Counted from the first letter of the stretch, positions 12,435 to 23,506 are shown. The stretch is 64,000 nt of DNA from an uncultured Gemmatimonadaceae bacterium (GCA_963829055.1 CAWHHI010000020.1:288001-352000); one strand, 5' to 3'. Made by a program: numbers and translations. The notes: a model not told the origin generated them from the letters alone.

Positions 12435-12570
12435 GCCGATTGCCCGTTGACCGGATGAGCCACGTGACCGGAACGGTCGCGTGGATGAGCTCCGTACGGC
12501 GTCGGCCTAACGAGTCGATGGCCTGCGGGCGGCGCTACCGGATAGGCAGCGCTCACGTTCCCGCGGCGGT

Positions 12571-12591
12571 GCTCGCGGGTATTCCGCGAGC
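12571..12591 (-). promoter_or_regulatory. Hairpin just downstream of the leader ORF stop
   Basis: gctcgcgg-gtatt-ccgcgagc, 8-bp perfect stem, 5 nt past the stop of 12597-12983. Confidence 0.4.
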
Positions 12592-12596
12592 CTCGA

Positions 12597-12983
12597 TCAG
12601 CCGAGCCGGGCGGGCACGGGCGGAGCGCGAGCGACGGTGGGATCACGCCGCTCGGCGTTGGGCTGGAGGAGCGGTGCGGCAGGTGGCTGCGCGGCGAACC
12701 GGCTGACGTGTGGCGCGAGCGGGTCCGAAACCGGCGCCGTGCTGGTGAGGTGGCGCGCGACGCATGCCGCGCAGTTCGCCTCGTTGTGCACGTAGTGAAG
12801 GCGCTCGGACTGCTGCTCGATGTGCGCTCCCAACTGCGTTGGGGCACGACCTTCACCCAGCGGCACCACCGCGGAGACGAACAGCTGCACCAGGCCGAGT
12901 AGCACGAACACGACGACCCCCGCCCGCGATCGCGGCCGGGACGGTCGAGTGGTTCGGTCAGCTTGGCGAATGGTGGCGATCAT
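12597..12983 (-). CDS. DUF2946-like leader protein (TM segment, His, CxxC, C-terminal RAPP)
   Basis: Hydrophobic VVVFVLLGLVQLFVSAVV, HYVHNEANCAAC, ends ARAPPVPARLG; first gene ahead of the efflux operon. Confidence 0.75.
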   Translation of the reverse strand: MIATIRQADRTTRPSRPRSRAGVVVFVLLGLVQLFVSAVVPLGEGRAPTQLGAHIEQQSERLHYVHNEANCAACVARHLTSTAPVSDPLAPHVSRFAAQPPAAPLLQPNAERRDPTVARAPPVPARLG

Positions 12984-13149
12984 CGAGTGAGTGTTACGAA
13001 ACTACGACCCCGTTACGCGAGAGACCAGCACGGCGTTGGTTTCGGGGGAGAACGGCCCCGGCGAAGGCTCACCGGGGCTACCTTGCCCGTGCCTAACTCG
13101 CCGGGCCGGGCTGCAGGCACCAACCAGCGCGCAGCGCTATTTTGGCTTC

Positions 13150-14930
13150 ATGCCGACATACAAGGCTCCGCTCGCCGATATCCGGTTCGTTCTCGACGAC
13201 CTCCTCGATGTCGGGCAACTTACCGCGCTGCCCGGCTACGCCGACGCGACTCCCGACCTGCTCGCGACCGTGCTCGAGGAAGCCGCCAAGCTGTGCGAGG
13301 AAGTGCTCGCCCCGCTCAACCAGTCCGGCGACGCCGAAGGGTGTCACTACGAGAACGGGGTCGTCCGTACTCCGCGTGGTTTCCGCGAGGGGTACGACGC
13401 CTACCGCGAGGGCGGGTGGCCGGCCATGGTCGCGCCGCCAGAGTTCGGGGGACAGGGGTTGCCCCACATTGCGGGCGTGGTGCTCGACGAGATGCTCTGC
13501 TCGGCGAACCTCTCGTTCAGCATGTATCCCCTGCTCGCGCACGGCAGCGTCGGCGCGCTCGAGCGCTGGGGCGACGAGGAGCTCAAGCGTCGATTTCTGC
13601 CGAGGCTCGTGGACGGCTCGTGGACCGGCACCATGTGCCTCACGGAGCCGCACGCCGGCACCGACCTCGGATTGATTCGGACGCGCGCCGTGCCCGCGGG
13701 CGACGGCGCGTACCTCGTGACCGGCACGAAGATCTTCATCTCGGCCGGGGAGCACGATCTCACGGACAACATCGTCCACCTCGTGCTCGCGCGACTCCCC
13801 GACGCGCCGCCGGGCACCAAGGGCATCAGCCTGTTCGTGGTGCCAAAGCGCCTGCCGACGGACGAGGGACTGCGCCGGATCGCCGAACGGCGTCGTCTGC
13901 GGGTCGATCGAGCACAAGATGGGGATCAAGGCGAACGCGACGTGCGTCATGAACTTCGAGAACGCGCGTGGCTGGCTCGTCGGCGACCCGCACAAGGGCA
14001 TGCGCGCCATGTTCACGATGATGAACGGCGCGCGACTCGGCGTCGGCATGCAGGGGCTCGGCCTGGCCGAGGTGAGCTACCAGAACGCCGTGGCGTACAC
14101 CAGGGAGCGCCTGCAGGGCCGGTCCGCGCACGGCTCGCCAGCACCTAACGCCGATGCCGACCCGATCATCGTGCACCCGGACGTGCGGCGCATGTTGATG
14201 ACGATGAAGGCGTACATCGAGGGCATGCGCGCACTGGCGTACTGGGTCGGCATGCTGATCGACGTCGAGGAGCGTCACGCCGATACCGCCACGCGCGAGG
14301 AAGCGACCGACCTCGTCGCGCTCATGACGCCGGTCATCAAGGCGTTCTGCACCGACGTCGGCTTCGAGATCACGAACCTCGCGCTCCAGTGCTTCGGCGG
14401 TCACGGCTACATCCGCGAGTACGGCATGGAGCAGTTCGTGCGCGACGCGCGGATCGCGCAGATCTACGAAGGCACGAATGGCGTGCAGGCGATGGACCTG
14501 CTCGGCCGCAAAGTGCCTGACGGCAACGGCCGCCTCGTGCAGCGGTTCGTCGCGCTGGCCGAGCGAGATCTGGCCGAGGCGGCGAAAGCAGCCTGCGCTC
14601 CGCGCGATGGCGGAGCGCGTGCGCGACGCGCTGCACGCGCTGCTCCAGGTTACCGGAACGGTGATGGCGCGCGCGGCCAGGGATCCGGACGAGATCGGCG
14701 CCGCCGCGACCGACTACCTGCGCATGTTCGGCCTGGTCGCGACCGGATGGATGTGGGTGCGCATGGCGGCGACGGCGATCGCGAAGGCCGGCGAGGGCGC
14801 GACCTCACTGCCCAAGGTCGACACGGCGAACTTCTACGTCATGAAGCTGCTGCCGCAGACGCACGCGCTCGCCGCGCAGATCGAGGCCGGCGCGCCGCCC
14901 GTCATGGCACTCGACGCGTCGGCATTCTAG
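13150..14930 (+). CDS. Acyl-CoA dehydrogenase (two frameshifts)
   Basis: MPTYKAPLADIRFVL, TGTMCLTEPHAGTDLG, GTKIFISAGEHDLTDNIVHLVLAR, QCFGGHGYIREYGMEQFVRDARIAQIYEGTNGVQ. Confidence 0.95.
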
Positions 14931-14932
14931 TC

Positions 14933-15108
14933 GTCATTCCGAGCGAGCGAGAGCGAGTCGAGGAATCGCGATTGTCCCGATAGAGGGGCCCCTCTGCCCG
15001 TGATGATCGCGATTCCTCGACTGCCGGCCCTGTCGGGCGTACTCCGCCAGTCCTTCGGAGCGGCCGAATCGCGCTCGGCCACGAGTGACTGACGCCGCTC
15101 GCAATTGC
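14933..15108. repeat. REP-like palindromic element (GTCATTCCGAGCG family)
   Basis: gtcattccgagcg..agtcgaggaatcgcgat..agaggggcccctct..atcgcgattcctcgact; homologous to 27622 and 31405 copies. Confidence 0.85.
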
Positions 15109-15199
15109 CTGAGACGTGATGGTCGGCAGTGGCGGTAGCCGTAGCACTCGCGCCCAGTCCTTCCGCGGTGGAGCGGCCCGAAGAACGGGTGCTCCGGCG

Positions 15200-15351
15200 C
15201 GAGCGGAGCGCCATGCGCGCCGCATCAATGAGATGGGCAACCATCGCGTGCGCCGTGAAGCGCCCCACCGCGGAGCCGCGGCCGGATCGAGCCGCGAGAA
15301 GCGAGTGAGGATCTCCCGTCGTGCGTCTGCGTCCCACATGGATTGCGTCAT
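15200..15351 (-). pseudogene. Truncated DUF1569/DinB-like gene fragment
   Basis: MTQSMWDADARREILTRFSRLDPAAAPRWG then (shifted) RFTAHAMVAHLIDAARMAL; similarity lost afterwards, near the repeat. Confidence 0.5.
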
Positions 15352-15502
15352 CGCCAAACGATTCGAGTATGCACAGCGACTCGACTACTTCGACAATGTA
15401 GCAATCCCGTCGGCTGCACATGGCGAGCTTTTCGCAGGGACGACGATGCTCGCACGACTGCCCTTCACTCCGCTCAACTGAAAGGACGTACAGGTATCGT
15501 TC

Positions 15503-16030
15503 ATGATCGCTCGCACTCCACTCACCGGGAACGCCGACCCATCGCCGACGGGCCCGCTCGGCCCAGGCACTGTCGCGCCCGACTTCTCGCTGCCCAGCGG
15601 TCCGAATTCGACCCTGCAGCTGTCCACGCTGCGCGGGCGTCCGGTCATACTCGTGTTCTATCCCGCCGACTGGAGCCCCGTCTGCGGTGACGAGCTCGCG
15701 CTCTTCAATGAATTGCTGGACGAGTTTCGACGGTACGACGCCGAGCTGCTCGGCATTTCCGTCGACGGTATCTGGTGTCACCAGGCGTACCGCGACGCGC
15801 GGCATTTCGCCTTTCCGCTGCTCGCGGACTTCGAACCGAAGGGCGCGGTCGCCCGGGCGTACGGCGTGTATCGCGATCAGGACGGGACGGCCGAGCGCGC
15901 GCTGTTCGTGCTCGACACGGGCGGCGTGATCCGGTGGAGCTACGTGTCGCCAGTCGGCGTCAATCCCGGAGCGGACGGCATTCTCTCCGCGCTCGAGGCG
16001 CTGCCGGCGCCGACGGGGGCATCGCAATGA
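15503..16030 (+). CDS. Peroxiredoxin/redoxin (AhpC-TSA family)
   Basis: APDFSLP, LVFYPADWSPVCGDEL, LLADFEPKGAVARAYGVY, ERALFVLD. Confidence 0.92.
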   Translation: MIARTPLTGNADPSPTGPLGPGTVAPDFSLPSGPNSTLQLSTLRGRPVILVFYPADWSPVCGDELALFNELLDEFRRYDAELLGISVDGIWCHQAYRDARHFAFPLLADFEPKGAVARAYGVYRDQDGTAERALFVLDTGGVIRWSYVSPVGVNPGADGILSALEALPAPTGASQ

Positions 16031-16566
16031 GAGAGCGCGTGATCGAGATCCGGCCCGACGATCACGTTTCCGGATCGCCTAACGCGCCAGTCACGCTCGT
16101 CGAGTATGGTGACTACGAATGCCCGCACTGCGGCGCCGCGTTTCCGATCGTCGAGAACATCCGCCGGCGGCTCGGCGATCGCCTCCAGTTCGTGTACCGC
16201 CACTTCCCGCTGACGCAGTCGCACCCGCATGCGGAGCACGCGGCCGAGATCGCGGAGGCGGCCGGCGAGCGTGGAGCGTTCTGGGCCATGCACGAGACGC
16301 TGTTCGCGAACCAGAGTGCGCTCGACGACGTGAGCCTCGTCGCGTATGCCCAGAGTGTCGGCGTGGACCCGCAGTGGGCCGCGGAGGCGCTGGCGGCCGG
16401 CACGTTCGCGCCGCGCGTCCGCGAACAGTTCATGAGTGGCGTGCGCAACGGAGTGAACGGGACACCGACGTTCTTCATCAACGGCAGGCGCTTCGACTAC
16501 TCGCTGAACGAGCGCGTGCTGCTGGCGACGCTCGAGGATGCGGCGCTCGCGAACAGCTCGAGCTGA
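16027..16566 (+). CDS. DsbA family thioredoxin-fold protein
   Basis: TLVEYGDYECPHC, VYRHFPL, GVNGTPTFFING; ATGA overlap with the upstream gene. Confidence 0.92.
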   Translation: MRERVIEIRPDDHVSGSPNAPVTLVEYGDYECPHCGAAFPIVENIRRRLGDRLQFVYRHFPLTQSHPHAEHAAEIAEAAGERGAFWAMHETLFANQSALDDVSLVAYAQSVGVDPQWAAEALAAGTFAPRVREQFMSGVRNGVNGTPTFFINGRRFDYSLNERVLLATLEDAALANSSS

Positions 16567-16627
16567 CCGGCCCGACCGACTGCCCGAATGGCTGCTCCAG
16601 ATTCATCACTACCAGCAGGAGACTCAC

Positions 16628-16963
16628 ATGTCAGAGACGAAGCGCATCGCCACCGACCAGCTCACACGATACTTCGACGCCTTCAGCAAGCGGTTTCTGA
16701 TGGGCGACGCGAAGAAATCCGCAGATGTGGAGATTCTCGGTGACGTGGGAGATCAGCCTGTCGCGAGCGGCGTGAGGCTGCTCGGTGTGGACTACGACCC
16801 ACACACGAACGCGCTCGAGCTGGAGCTCGAGTCGGGAGACCATCGCGCATACAATCCGCGCGAAGTGTGGGCCGTGGAGGAGGCGGACGGATTCATCAGC
16901 TCACTGCAGGTCGTTCGGGATGACGGTCAGCGCGAGATCGTCAACATCCGGCGTGGCACGTAG
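16628..16963 (+). CDS. DUF5335-like protein
   Basis: CAGGAG RBS; YFDAFSKRF..VEILGDVGDQ..LLGVDYDP pattern. Confidence 0.65.
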   Translation: MSETKRIATDQLTRYFDAFSKRFLMGDAKKSADVEILGDVGDQPVASGVRLLGVDYDPHTNALELELESGDHRAYNPREVWAVEEADGFISSLQVVRDDGQREIVNIRRGT

Positions 16964-17104
16964 GCCACGCGAGAAGGCACGCGAAGTGGCAGAAGGCTGC
17001 CGAATTGCTCGGGCCTGACACTGATAAATCGTGCTTTGTCCGGCCGAGCCAGCTTCGGCGGCCCCGCAAATGCGCTCTATGGGGTTTCCTCGTTAGGGAG
17101 TGTC

Positions 17105-17374
17105 ATGGTCTCGTCGTCCCAGCTCGAAGGATCGCCGCTGCTGGCGCTGCAGCCGTATCCGAATCGTCCGCCGCCGTCACCCGATGGTCCCTGCGAGCGT
17201 CGATACGTCGACGACAGGGGCACCGCGTGGTGCGTGCATGAGCTCATCCGCGACGACGGCCCGCCGTCACTGTATTTCGAGTGCTCTGCGTCGTTCCGCC
17301 GAGTCAAGCACTACCCTGCCAACTGGCGTGAGATCGGGCCGGCGCAACTCGAGGCTCTGAGTCACAGTACCTGA
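17105..17374 (+). CDS. Small hypothetical protein, paralogous to 53064-53309
   Basis: YVDDRGTAWCVHE..SLYFE..RRVKHYPANW..LEALS aligns with the 53064 ORF. Confidence 0.7.
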   Translation: MVSSSQLEGSPLLALQPYPNRPPPSPDGPCERRYVDDRGTAWCVHELIRDDGPPSLYFECSASFRRVKHYPANWREIGPAQLEALSHST

Positions 17375-17591
17375 CCGTCACTGCTCGCGACGCTGGTTGC
17401 CGAGTCTCGCCTGCTCCGCGACTGCTGCCGCGACATCGCGTGGGGCGACGCGCAACGCCTCACTGCACCGTGGCCATTCCGTTGCTTTAGCGCGGCAGGA
17501 CGTCGCATGCACCCGCGCGCGTACCCGGCCGTCCTTGCGCGTGCGCACGGTGTGGAACACTATCAACTTTGCGGTTGTGCTCGGGAGACTT

Positions 17592-20500
17592 GTGGCCAAT
17601 GGAAAGCGCACGCCTGCAGTGGCCAAACGCGCGTCCAAGGCCGCGAGCCGGAACAGCACGCATTCTGACACCACGCCCCCGATAGTCCGCGGGCCAACGG
17701 TCGTCGGCATTGGCGCGTCCGCCGGTGGCCTCGAGGCATTCACTCGCCTCATCAGCCGCCTCCCCGCGGAAACCGGGTTGGCGTACGTGCTGGTGCAACA
17801 CCTCGACCCCGCCCACGAAAGCCTGCTGGCCGAGCTGCTCGCACGCACGGCGTCTGTGCCGGTGGTCGAGGCACGGGACGGCATGAAGCTCGAGCGCGAC
17901 CACGCGTACGTCATTCCGCCGAACGCCACGATGACCCTCAGGGACGGGCATCTTCGGCTCGTCCGGAGGAACCAAACGCAGGGACTGCACCTGCCGATCG
18001 ATGCGTTCCTCTGCTCGCTCGCGGATGCGCACGGCAGTGAGGCCGTTGGCGTGATCCTGTCGGGTACCGGATCCGATGGATCGCGCGGCATCGAAGCCAT
18101 CAAGGCCGAGGGCGGAATCACGATCGCGCAGGACCCAGCCTCGGCGCGTTTTGCGAGCATGCCGCAGAGCGCGGTGGCGAGCGGTTATGTCGATTTCGTA
18201 CTGACGACCGAAGGCATCGCCGACCGGCTCGCGGAGCTCGGGCGCCACCTCGCCGAATTGCCGCCGGCGCGAGACACCAACGCCGAGCCATCGGCCGAGG
18301 AGCTGGAGGAAGTGAACCAGATCCTCGTGGCGCTCAAGGCTCGGACGAAGGTCGACTTCAGGGGGTACCGCCGCGGAACCATTCAACGCCGCATCCTCCG
18401 GCGAATGCTTCTCCACCGGCAGGACTCGCACAGGGACTATCTAGCCCACCTGCGAGAGAACCCCGACGAGCTCGACGCACTCTACGAGGATTTGCTCATT
18501 GGGGTGACGAGCTTCTTCCGGGATTCCGACGCGTTCGATGTGCTGCAGCGCGATGGCTTCCCCGCGATGATGGCGGCGCACCCGCCGGAGAAGCCGGTTC
18601 GGGTGTGGGTCGCGGGATGCTCGGGCGGCGAGGAGGCGTACTCGATCGCGATCGCGCTCCTCGAGTTTCTCGGCGACAAGGCTGGCGAGACCCCGATCCA
18701 GATCTTCGCGACGGATCTGAGCGAGGTCGCGATCGCCAGAGCGCGAACGGGGCGCTACCCTGATGGAATTGCCGCGGTGATCTCGCCGGAACGGTTGGAG
18801 CGATTCTTCGTCAAGGAGGACAGCGGCTACCGGATCCTCAAGGCGGTGCGCGACCTGTGCGTGTTCTCGCGCCAGGACCTCGTACGCGATCCGCCGTTCT
18901 CGCATCTCGATCTGATCACGTGCCGCAACGTGCTCATCTACCTGGAGCCGGTGCTACAGCAGCGCGTGTTCCCGATCTTCCACTATGCGCTGGAACCGAA
19001 CGGCCTGTTGTTGTTAGGCAGCGCGGAATCGGTGACCGCCGCGTCGGAGCTGTTCACGGTAGTCGATAAACGCCACCGGATCTTCTCCCGCCGCCCGACC
19101 GCTGCCCGCCCCCTCGATCTCGATCTGTCGGTCGGAGAACCGCACGTCACGTCCCGCCGTGTGATGCGCAGGCCGTTCGCGATCGCGCCGTCCATCGACG
19201 AGGTTCAGGCCGAGGCGGACCGCGTCCTGATTGCGCGTTATGCGCCGGGCGGCGTAGTGGTGAACGACCAGCTCGACATTCTGCAATTCCGCGGGCGCAC
19301 CAGCGGATTTCTCGAGCATCCCTCGGGAGTGGCGAACCTCAAGTTGCTCGAGCTCGTGCTCCCCGAGCTCGTCGCGCCGCTGCGTCTCGCGATCCAGACT
19401 GCGCGCGCGAGCGACCAGAAGGTCTCCACGTCCGGCATCGTGCTTGGCAGTGGCAAGACCGGTCGCCTGGCGACTATCGAGGTGCTTCCGTTCGCGGCAC
19501 CATCCTCGGGAGAACGGTATTTCGTCGTCATGATCCAGGAGACGCCCCTCGCCGCGTCGCCTGCCACGGTGGTAGTCGCGGATGTCAAGCGTGCACCTGG
19601 ATCGCGACGCCAGATGGGGCAGATCAAGGACCTCCGCGAAGAGCTCGCGGCGCTCAAGGTGTACGTGCAGGGCGTCATCGAGGACAGCGAAGCGGCAAGT
19701 GAGGAGCTGCGTGCGGCGAACGAAGAGGCGCAGTCGAGCAACGAGGAGTTTCAGAGCGCGAACGAGGAGCTGGAGACCACGAAGGAAGAGATCCAGTCTA
19801 CGAACGAAGAGCTGGAGACCGTCAACGAGGAGCTACGCCACCGGAACCGCGAGCTGAGCGACCTCTCGAGCGACCTGGCGAACGTGCTCGCCGGGATCGC
19901 GATCCCGATCGTCATCGTGGGAAGCAACCTGCGCCTGCGGCGGTTCACGCCGGCCACCGAGCGCGTCATGCGCGTGATCCCGACAGACGCCGGGCGCCCG
20001 CTCGATGATGTGAAGCTTCGCGTGAACATTCCCGACCTGTCGCAGCGCATCATGAAGACGATCGAAACCCTCATCGTCTCCGAGCAGGAGGTGCAGGATG
20101 ACGATGGCCACTGGTGGTCGCTGACGATTCGTCCGTACGAAACCGTGGATCGTAAGGTAGAGGGCGCGGTACTGGTCTTCGCGGATGTGGACGCGAGCAA
20201 ACAGTACCGGGGACGGATCGAAGAAGTGTCGGAGTCACGCCGGCAGTTGCTCGTCACGTCGGAGGTGGCGCGAGCGGAGGCCGACACGGCGATGAAGTCT
20301 GCAGAAGTAGCGAACCGCGCGAAGAGCGGGTTTCTGGCGAACATGAGTCATGACCTGCGCACGCCGCTCAACGCCATCGCTGGCTACGCCGAACTGATGG
20401 AGCTGGGCATCCGCGGACCGGTCACGGAGGAACAACGGATCGACCTCGCTCGCATCAGACGCAGCACGCGTCATCTGCTTTCGCTTATCAACGATATCCT

Positions 20501-21026
20501 GAACTTCGCGAAGCTCGACCACGGTCGCCTCGACTTCCTGATTATCGACGTCCCACTCGACGGGATCGTCGCGGAGCTCCAGGAGATGATCGCGCCGCAG
20601 TTTCGCGCGAAATCCATCACGCTCGACTGCGCCGGCTGCTCCGGCATCGCGCGGGCGGATCCCGAGCGCCTCCGTCAGATCCTGCTGAACCTGTTGACGA
20701 ACGCGCTCAAGTTCACACCGCCTCGTGGGCGGGTGCGCATTGCGACGTCGGAATCCAGCGATCGAGTCACGATCGATGTCATCGACACCGGCGTGGGCAT
20801 TCGCGCGGGGATGCTCGAAGGCATCTTTGAGCCGTTCGTGCAGGTCGACCGCAGCATGACCAGCGGCAGCTCGGATGGCGTCGGACTCGGCCTCGCGATC
20901 AGTCGCGACCTCGCGCGCCGGATGGACGCGGAGCTCACCGTAGAGAGCACGGTTGGCGAGGGGTCGCGATTCTCCCTCACGATGCCTCGCGGCGCGGACC
21001 TGCCCGGCGCACCGCCGATCGCCTAG
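17592..21026 (+). CDS. CheB methylesterase / CheR methyltransferase / PAS / histidine kinase fusion
   Basis: GIGASAGG, VQHLDP, ILSGTGSDG (CheB); IGVTSFFRD, RVWVAGCSGGEEAYS, LITCRNVLIY (CheR); SSNEE coiled coil; MSHDLRTPL, NALKFT, GVGLGL; GTG start with GGGAG RBS. Confidence 0.93.
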   Translation: MANGKRTPAVAKRASKAASRNSTHSDTTPPIVRGPTVVGIGASAGGLEAFTRLISRLPAETGLAYVLVQHLDPAHESLLAELLARTASVPVVEARDGMKLERDHAYVIPPNATMTLRDGHLRLVRRNQTQGLHLPIDAFLCSLADAHGSEAVGVILSGTGSDGSRGIEAIKAEGGITIAQDPASARFASMPQSAVASGYVDFVLTTEGIADRLAELGRHLAELPPARDTNAEPSAEELEEVNQILVALKARTKVDFRGYRRGTIQRRILRRMLLHRQDSHRDYLAHLRENPDELDALYEDLLIGVTSFFRDSDAFDVLQRDGFPAMMAAHPPEKPVRVWVAGCSGGEEAYSIAIALLEFLGDKAGETPIQIFATDLSEVAIARARTGRYPDGIAAVISPERLERFFVKEDSGYRILKAVRDLCVFSRQDLVRDPPFSHLDLITCRNVLIYLEPVLQQRVFPIFHYALEPNGLLLLGSAESVTAASELFTVVDKRHRIFSRRPTAARPLDLDLSVGEPHVTSRRVMRRPFAIAPSIDEVQAEADRVLIARYAPGGVVVNDQLDILQFRGRTSGFLEHPSGVANLKLLELVLPELVAPLRLAIQTARASDQKVSTSGIVLGSGKTGRLATIEVLPFAAPSSGERYFVVMIQETPLAASPATVVVADVKRAPGSRRQMGQIKDLREELAALKVYVQGVIEDSEAASEELRAANEEAQSSNEEFQSANEELETTKEEIQSTNEELETVNEELRHRNRELSDLSSDLANVLAGIAIPIVIVGSNLRLRRFTPATERVMRVIPTDAGRPLDDVKLRVNIPDLSQRIMKTIETLIVSEQEVQDDDGHWWSLTIRPYETVDRKVEGAVLVFADVDASKQYRGRIEEVSESRRQLLVTSEVARAEADTAMKSAEVANRAKSGFLANMSHDLRTPLNAIAGYAELMELGIRGPVTEEQRIDLARIRRSTRHLLSLINDILNFAKLDHGRLDFLIIDVPLDGIVAELQEMIAPQFRAKSITLDCAGCSGIARADPERLRQILLNLLTNALKFTPPRGRVRIATSESSDRVTIDVIDTGVGIRAGMLEGIFEPFVQVDRSMTSGSSDGVGLGLAISRDLARRMDAELTVESTVGEGSRFSLTMPRGADLPGAPPIA

Positions 21027-23279
21027 TGCGGACCCGGCGATCCCTCCGAGCGCTGCCTGCCTCGCAGAATATCCAGGCGGAGCTCCGTCCACCCGCGGAG
21101 TTGATAGTACTCCACGCGGATCTCGTGGCGGCCGGCGCCTAACGCGGCAGCGTCCACCTTCGACTCGTGCGGCGCCCAGCTGTCGATCGCGAGGCGGCCA
21201 TCGACCCACACGCGCACGCCGTCATCGCTGATGGTTCGTAGCGTGTACTCACCGGGTCCGAGGGTGACAGCGCCCGTTGCGCTGATGGCAAAGCGCTCTT
21301 GCGGCAGGCCGGCAATGGTCGGCCGATACCACACGTAATCGAGCCGCGACGGTCGTTGTGACAGTGTGGGCTGGCCGCGCAACAGTGTCGCGAAGGCATC
21401 GGCGTTGGCTGGCGGGTCGCTCGTGCTGTCGCGCCACGTGAAGAACCGAACGTTCCACGCTATGGGTGGCTCGAAGCGTCGATACGAGAAGCGCGTCGGA
21501 CTCTGATCGCGCGTGTTCGACCCACGGCGATACTCGAGCGTGAGCGCCCAATCGTGTTCATTCCCCTTCGTGGGCGTGACGATGATGCTGTCAGTCCCGA
21601 TATCACCCACGCGCCCGCTGTCGTGAGACACGCGCGCGATCCCACGCCGTTCGACGACCCGCCAACGACCTGCCGGCCCGAGGACGCGCAACGTCAGGGG
21701 ATTGACGCGCGAGCTATCGGCGGGCCAGAGCAATGGAGCTCTCCAGTCGTACGGCCCCCACTCGGTGACGATGATGGCGGAGCGCGCGCGTCGCGCCAGC
21801 GAGTCAGTGCCGGGCTCGAGGCCACCTGACATCTTCGGAGGCGCGAGCCGCGAGAACTCTGGCGGGAGCGCCGGCAGGTCTACGATCTCTCCCGCGCGCT
21901 GGGCCGCACGCCCGGACTCGCGCGTGGTGTCGGCCATGCCGCGCTCGTCGGCAACAATCCACCGCGACGTGTCGGCGAGCACGTAGATCGAGTCGGCGCG
22001 CACCACCCGATTCCCCGTTAGGCGCGTGCCTTCTGTCGCCGAGGCGCGCACGGCGACCCGCGGACCGTTGAAGATGTTCTCGCGTGAGCCGATAGTCTCG
22101 GCTCCGCGTATCACGGTGCTTCGGGTATCCCCAGTCCGACGGCTCGATGGGGTTCGCCCAGAGGTAGACGGCGGTGGAATCTTCGGTGAACCGGTTGTAC
22201 GAGATGTCGTTGTTCTGCCCGTGCTCGATCGCGATCCCGACGCGGTTTCGCCGGAAGTCGTTGCCGATGATTTTCGAGTCGTAGCTGTAGCCGCCCCACA
22301 AGCCGTGATCGGAGCCCTCGATCAGGTTGTTGATGAACGTGTTACGGCTGAACGTCGCTTCCATGCCGTTCGTGGGCGCGAAACTGAAATCGTTCCCGTA
22401 GAACAGATTGTCGTTCGCGCCGCCCTCGCCGGTGTCCATGGTGCTCTGGCCGGCCCAGAGGAAGAGGCCATCGCCGCTGTGCGTCATGGAGTTGTACGCG
22501 ACGACGTTGCGGCAGCTCTGCTCGTAGACGAGCAAGGCGGCCGAGTCCTGGCCGCGCCGGTAGAAGCCGTGGCTGTAGCCGCGCACGTTGTAGTCGGCGT
22601 GGTTGTGCGCGATGAGGTTGTCGCTCGACCGATAGAGACCGAACCCGATTCCGGAGTTGAACGAGACGACGTTGTTCCAGAGACGGAGGCTGTCGCTGCG
22701 CACGAGCAGGAAGCCGTTCATGCCGTGCTCCGCGCGATTGCCGCGAATCTCGCCGCCGCGCACGTCCACGAGATACGCGGCGGCGCCGAAGCGCAGCCAC
22801 TCGTCCTTCTCGTTATGGTGGAACGAGAGCCAGTCGGCGATGCTCTCGTGCTCGATGAGGCTGAACAACCGTGGTTTCCAGTTGTCGCCCAGGTCGTTGT
22901 CGGTCAGCGTGAGGTTGCGCGTGCCGCGCGCGAGGATGCCGACCTTGTAGCCGCGCACGCGCGCGTGCTGGATGCGCACGTTCGCGCCGCCGTCGACGCG
23001 GATCCCGACGCCGGCGCCCGCGTCGGGGTCGGCGTTAGGCGGCGCGCCGTCGAGCGTCGCGCCCGCGAAGTCGACGGTGATGTCGGTGCCGCGGATGGTG
23101 ACCGCGGCGTCGTCGAGCGCCCTGGGCGCGGACAGCCGATACACCTTGGGCGCGATGCGCACCGACCTCGTGATGACGAGCCCCGGCCGGAGCTCGATGG
23201 TCGGCAGCTGGGCGGCGAGATGCTGGCCGAGCATCGCCCACATCGCGGCGCCGACGACGGCAGCTCTGAGTGATCTCAT
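21023..23279 (-). CDS. Secreted right-handed beta-helix (NosD-like) + PA14 domain protein (frameshift near 22090)
   Basis: Signal peptide, Asn-rich PbH1 repeats, C-terminal TISDDGVRVWVDGRLAIDSW..HEIRVEYYQ (PA14). Confidence 0.8.
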
Positions 23280-23381
23280 GGCGCCAAGCTACGGAATCGC
23301 GTGCGGTTCGGGAGACGGGCTGGCTCCTCAGACGACAAGAGGAACGGATGCAGCGAATCGAACGGATGGACTCCATGGTCG

Positions 23382-23431
23382 TCCCGAGGAGCCGCCAGAG
23401 CCTGTCCCTGAGGAGCGCAACGTCGAAGGGA
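23382..23431. repeat. Partial REP-like arm shared with ~45233-45279
   Basis: cccgaggagccgccagagcctgtccctgaggagcgcaacgtcgaaggga vs cccgaggagcgccagagcctgccctgaggagcgcagcgacaaaggga. Confidence 0.7.
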
Positions 23432-23506
23432 TGGGACCTGCTGTGCCTCACCCCGACCGACGGGCGCTAAATTGCCCGGCAGCACGCCACGCATCACTGG
23501 AGTCCA

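Noticed and set aside
13030..13085. Riboswitch or ncRNA between the leader ORF and the acyl-CoA dehydrogenase
   Set aside because: Only a single GC hairpin (gccccgg..ccggggc); no recognisable aptamer consensus.
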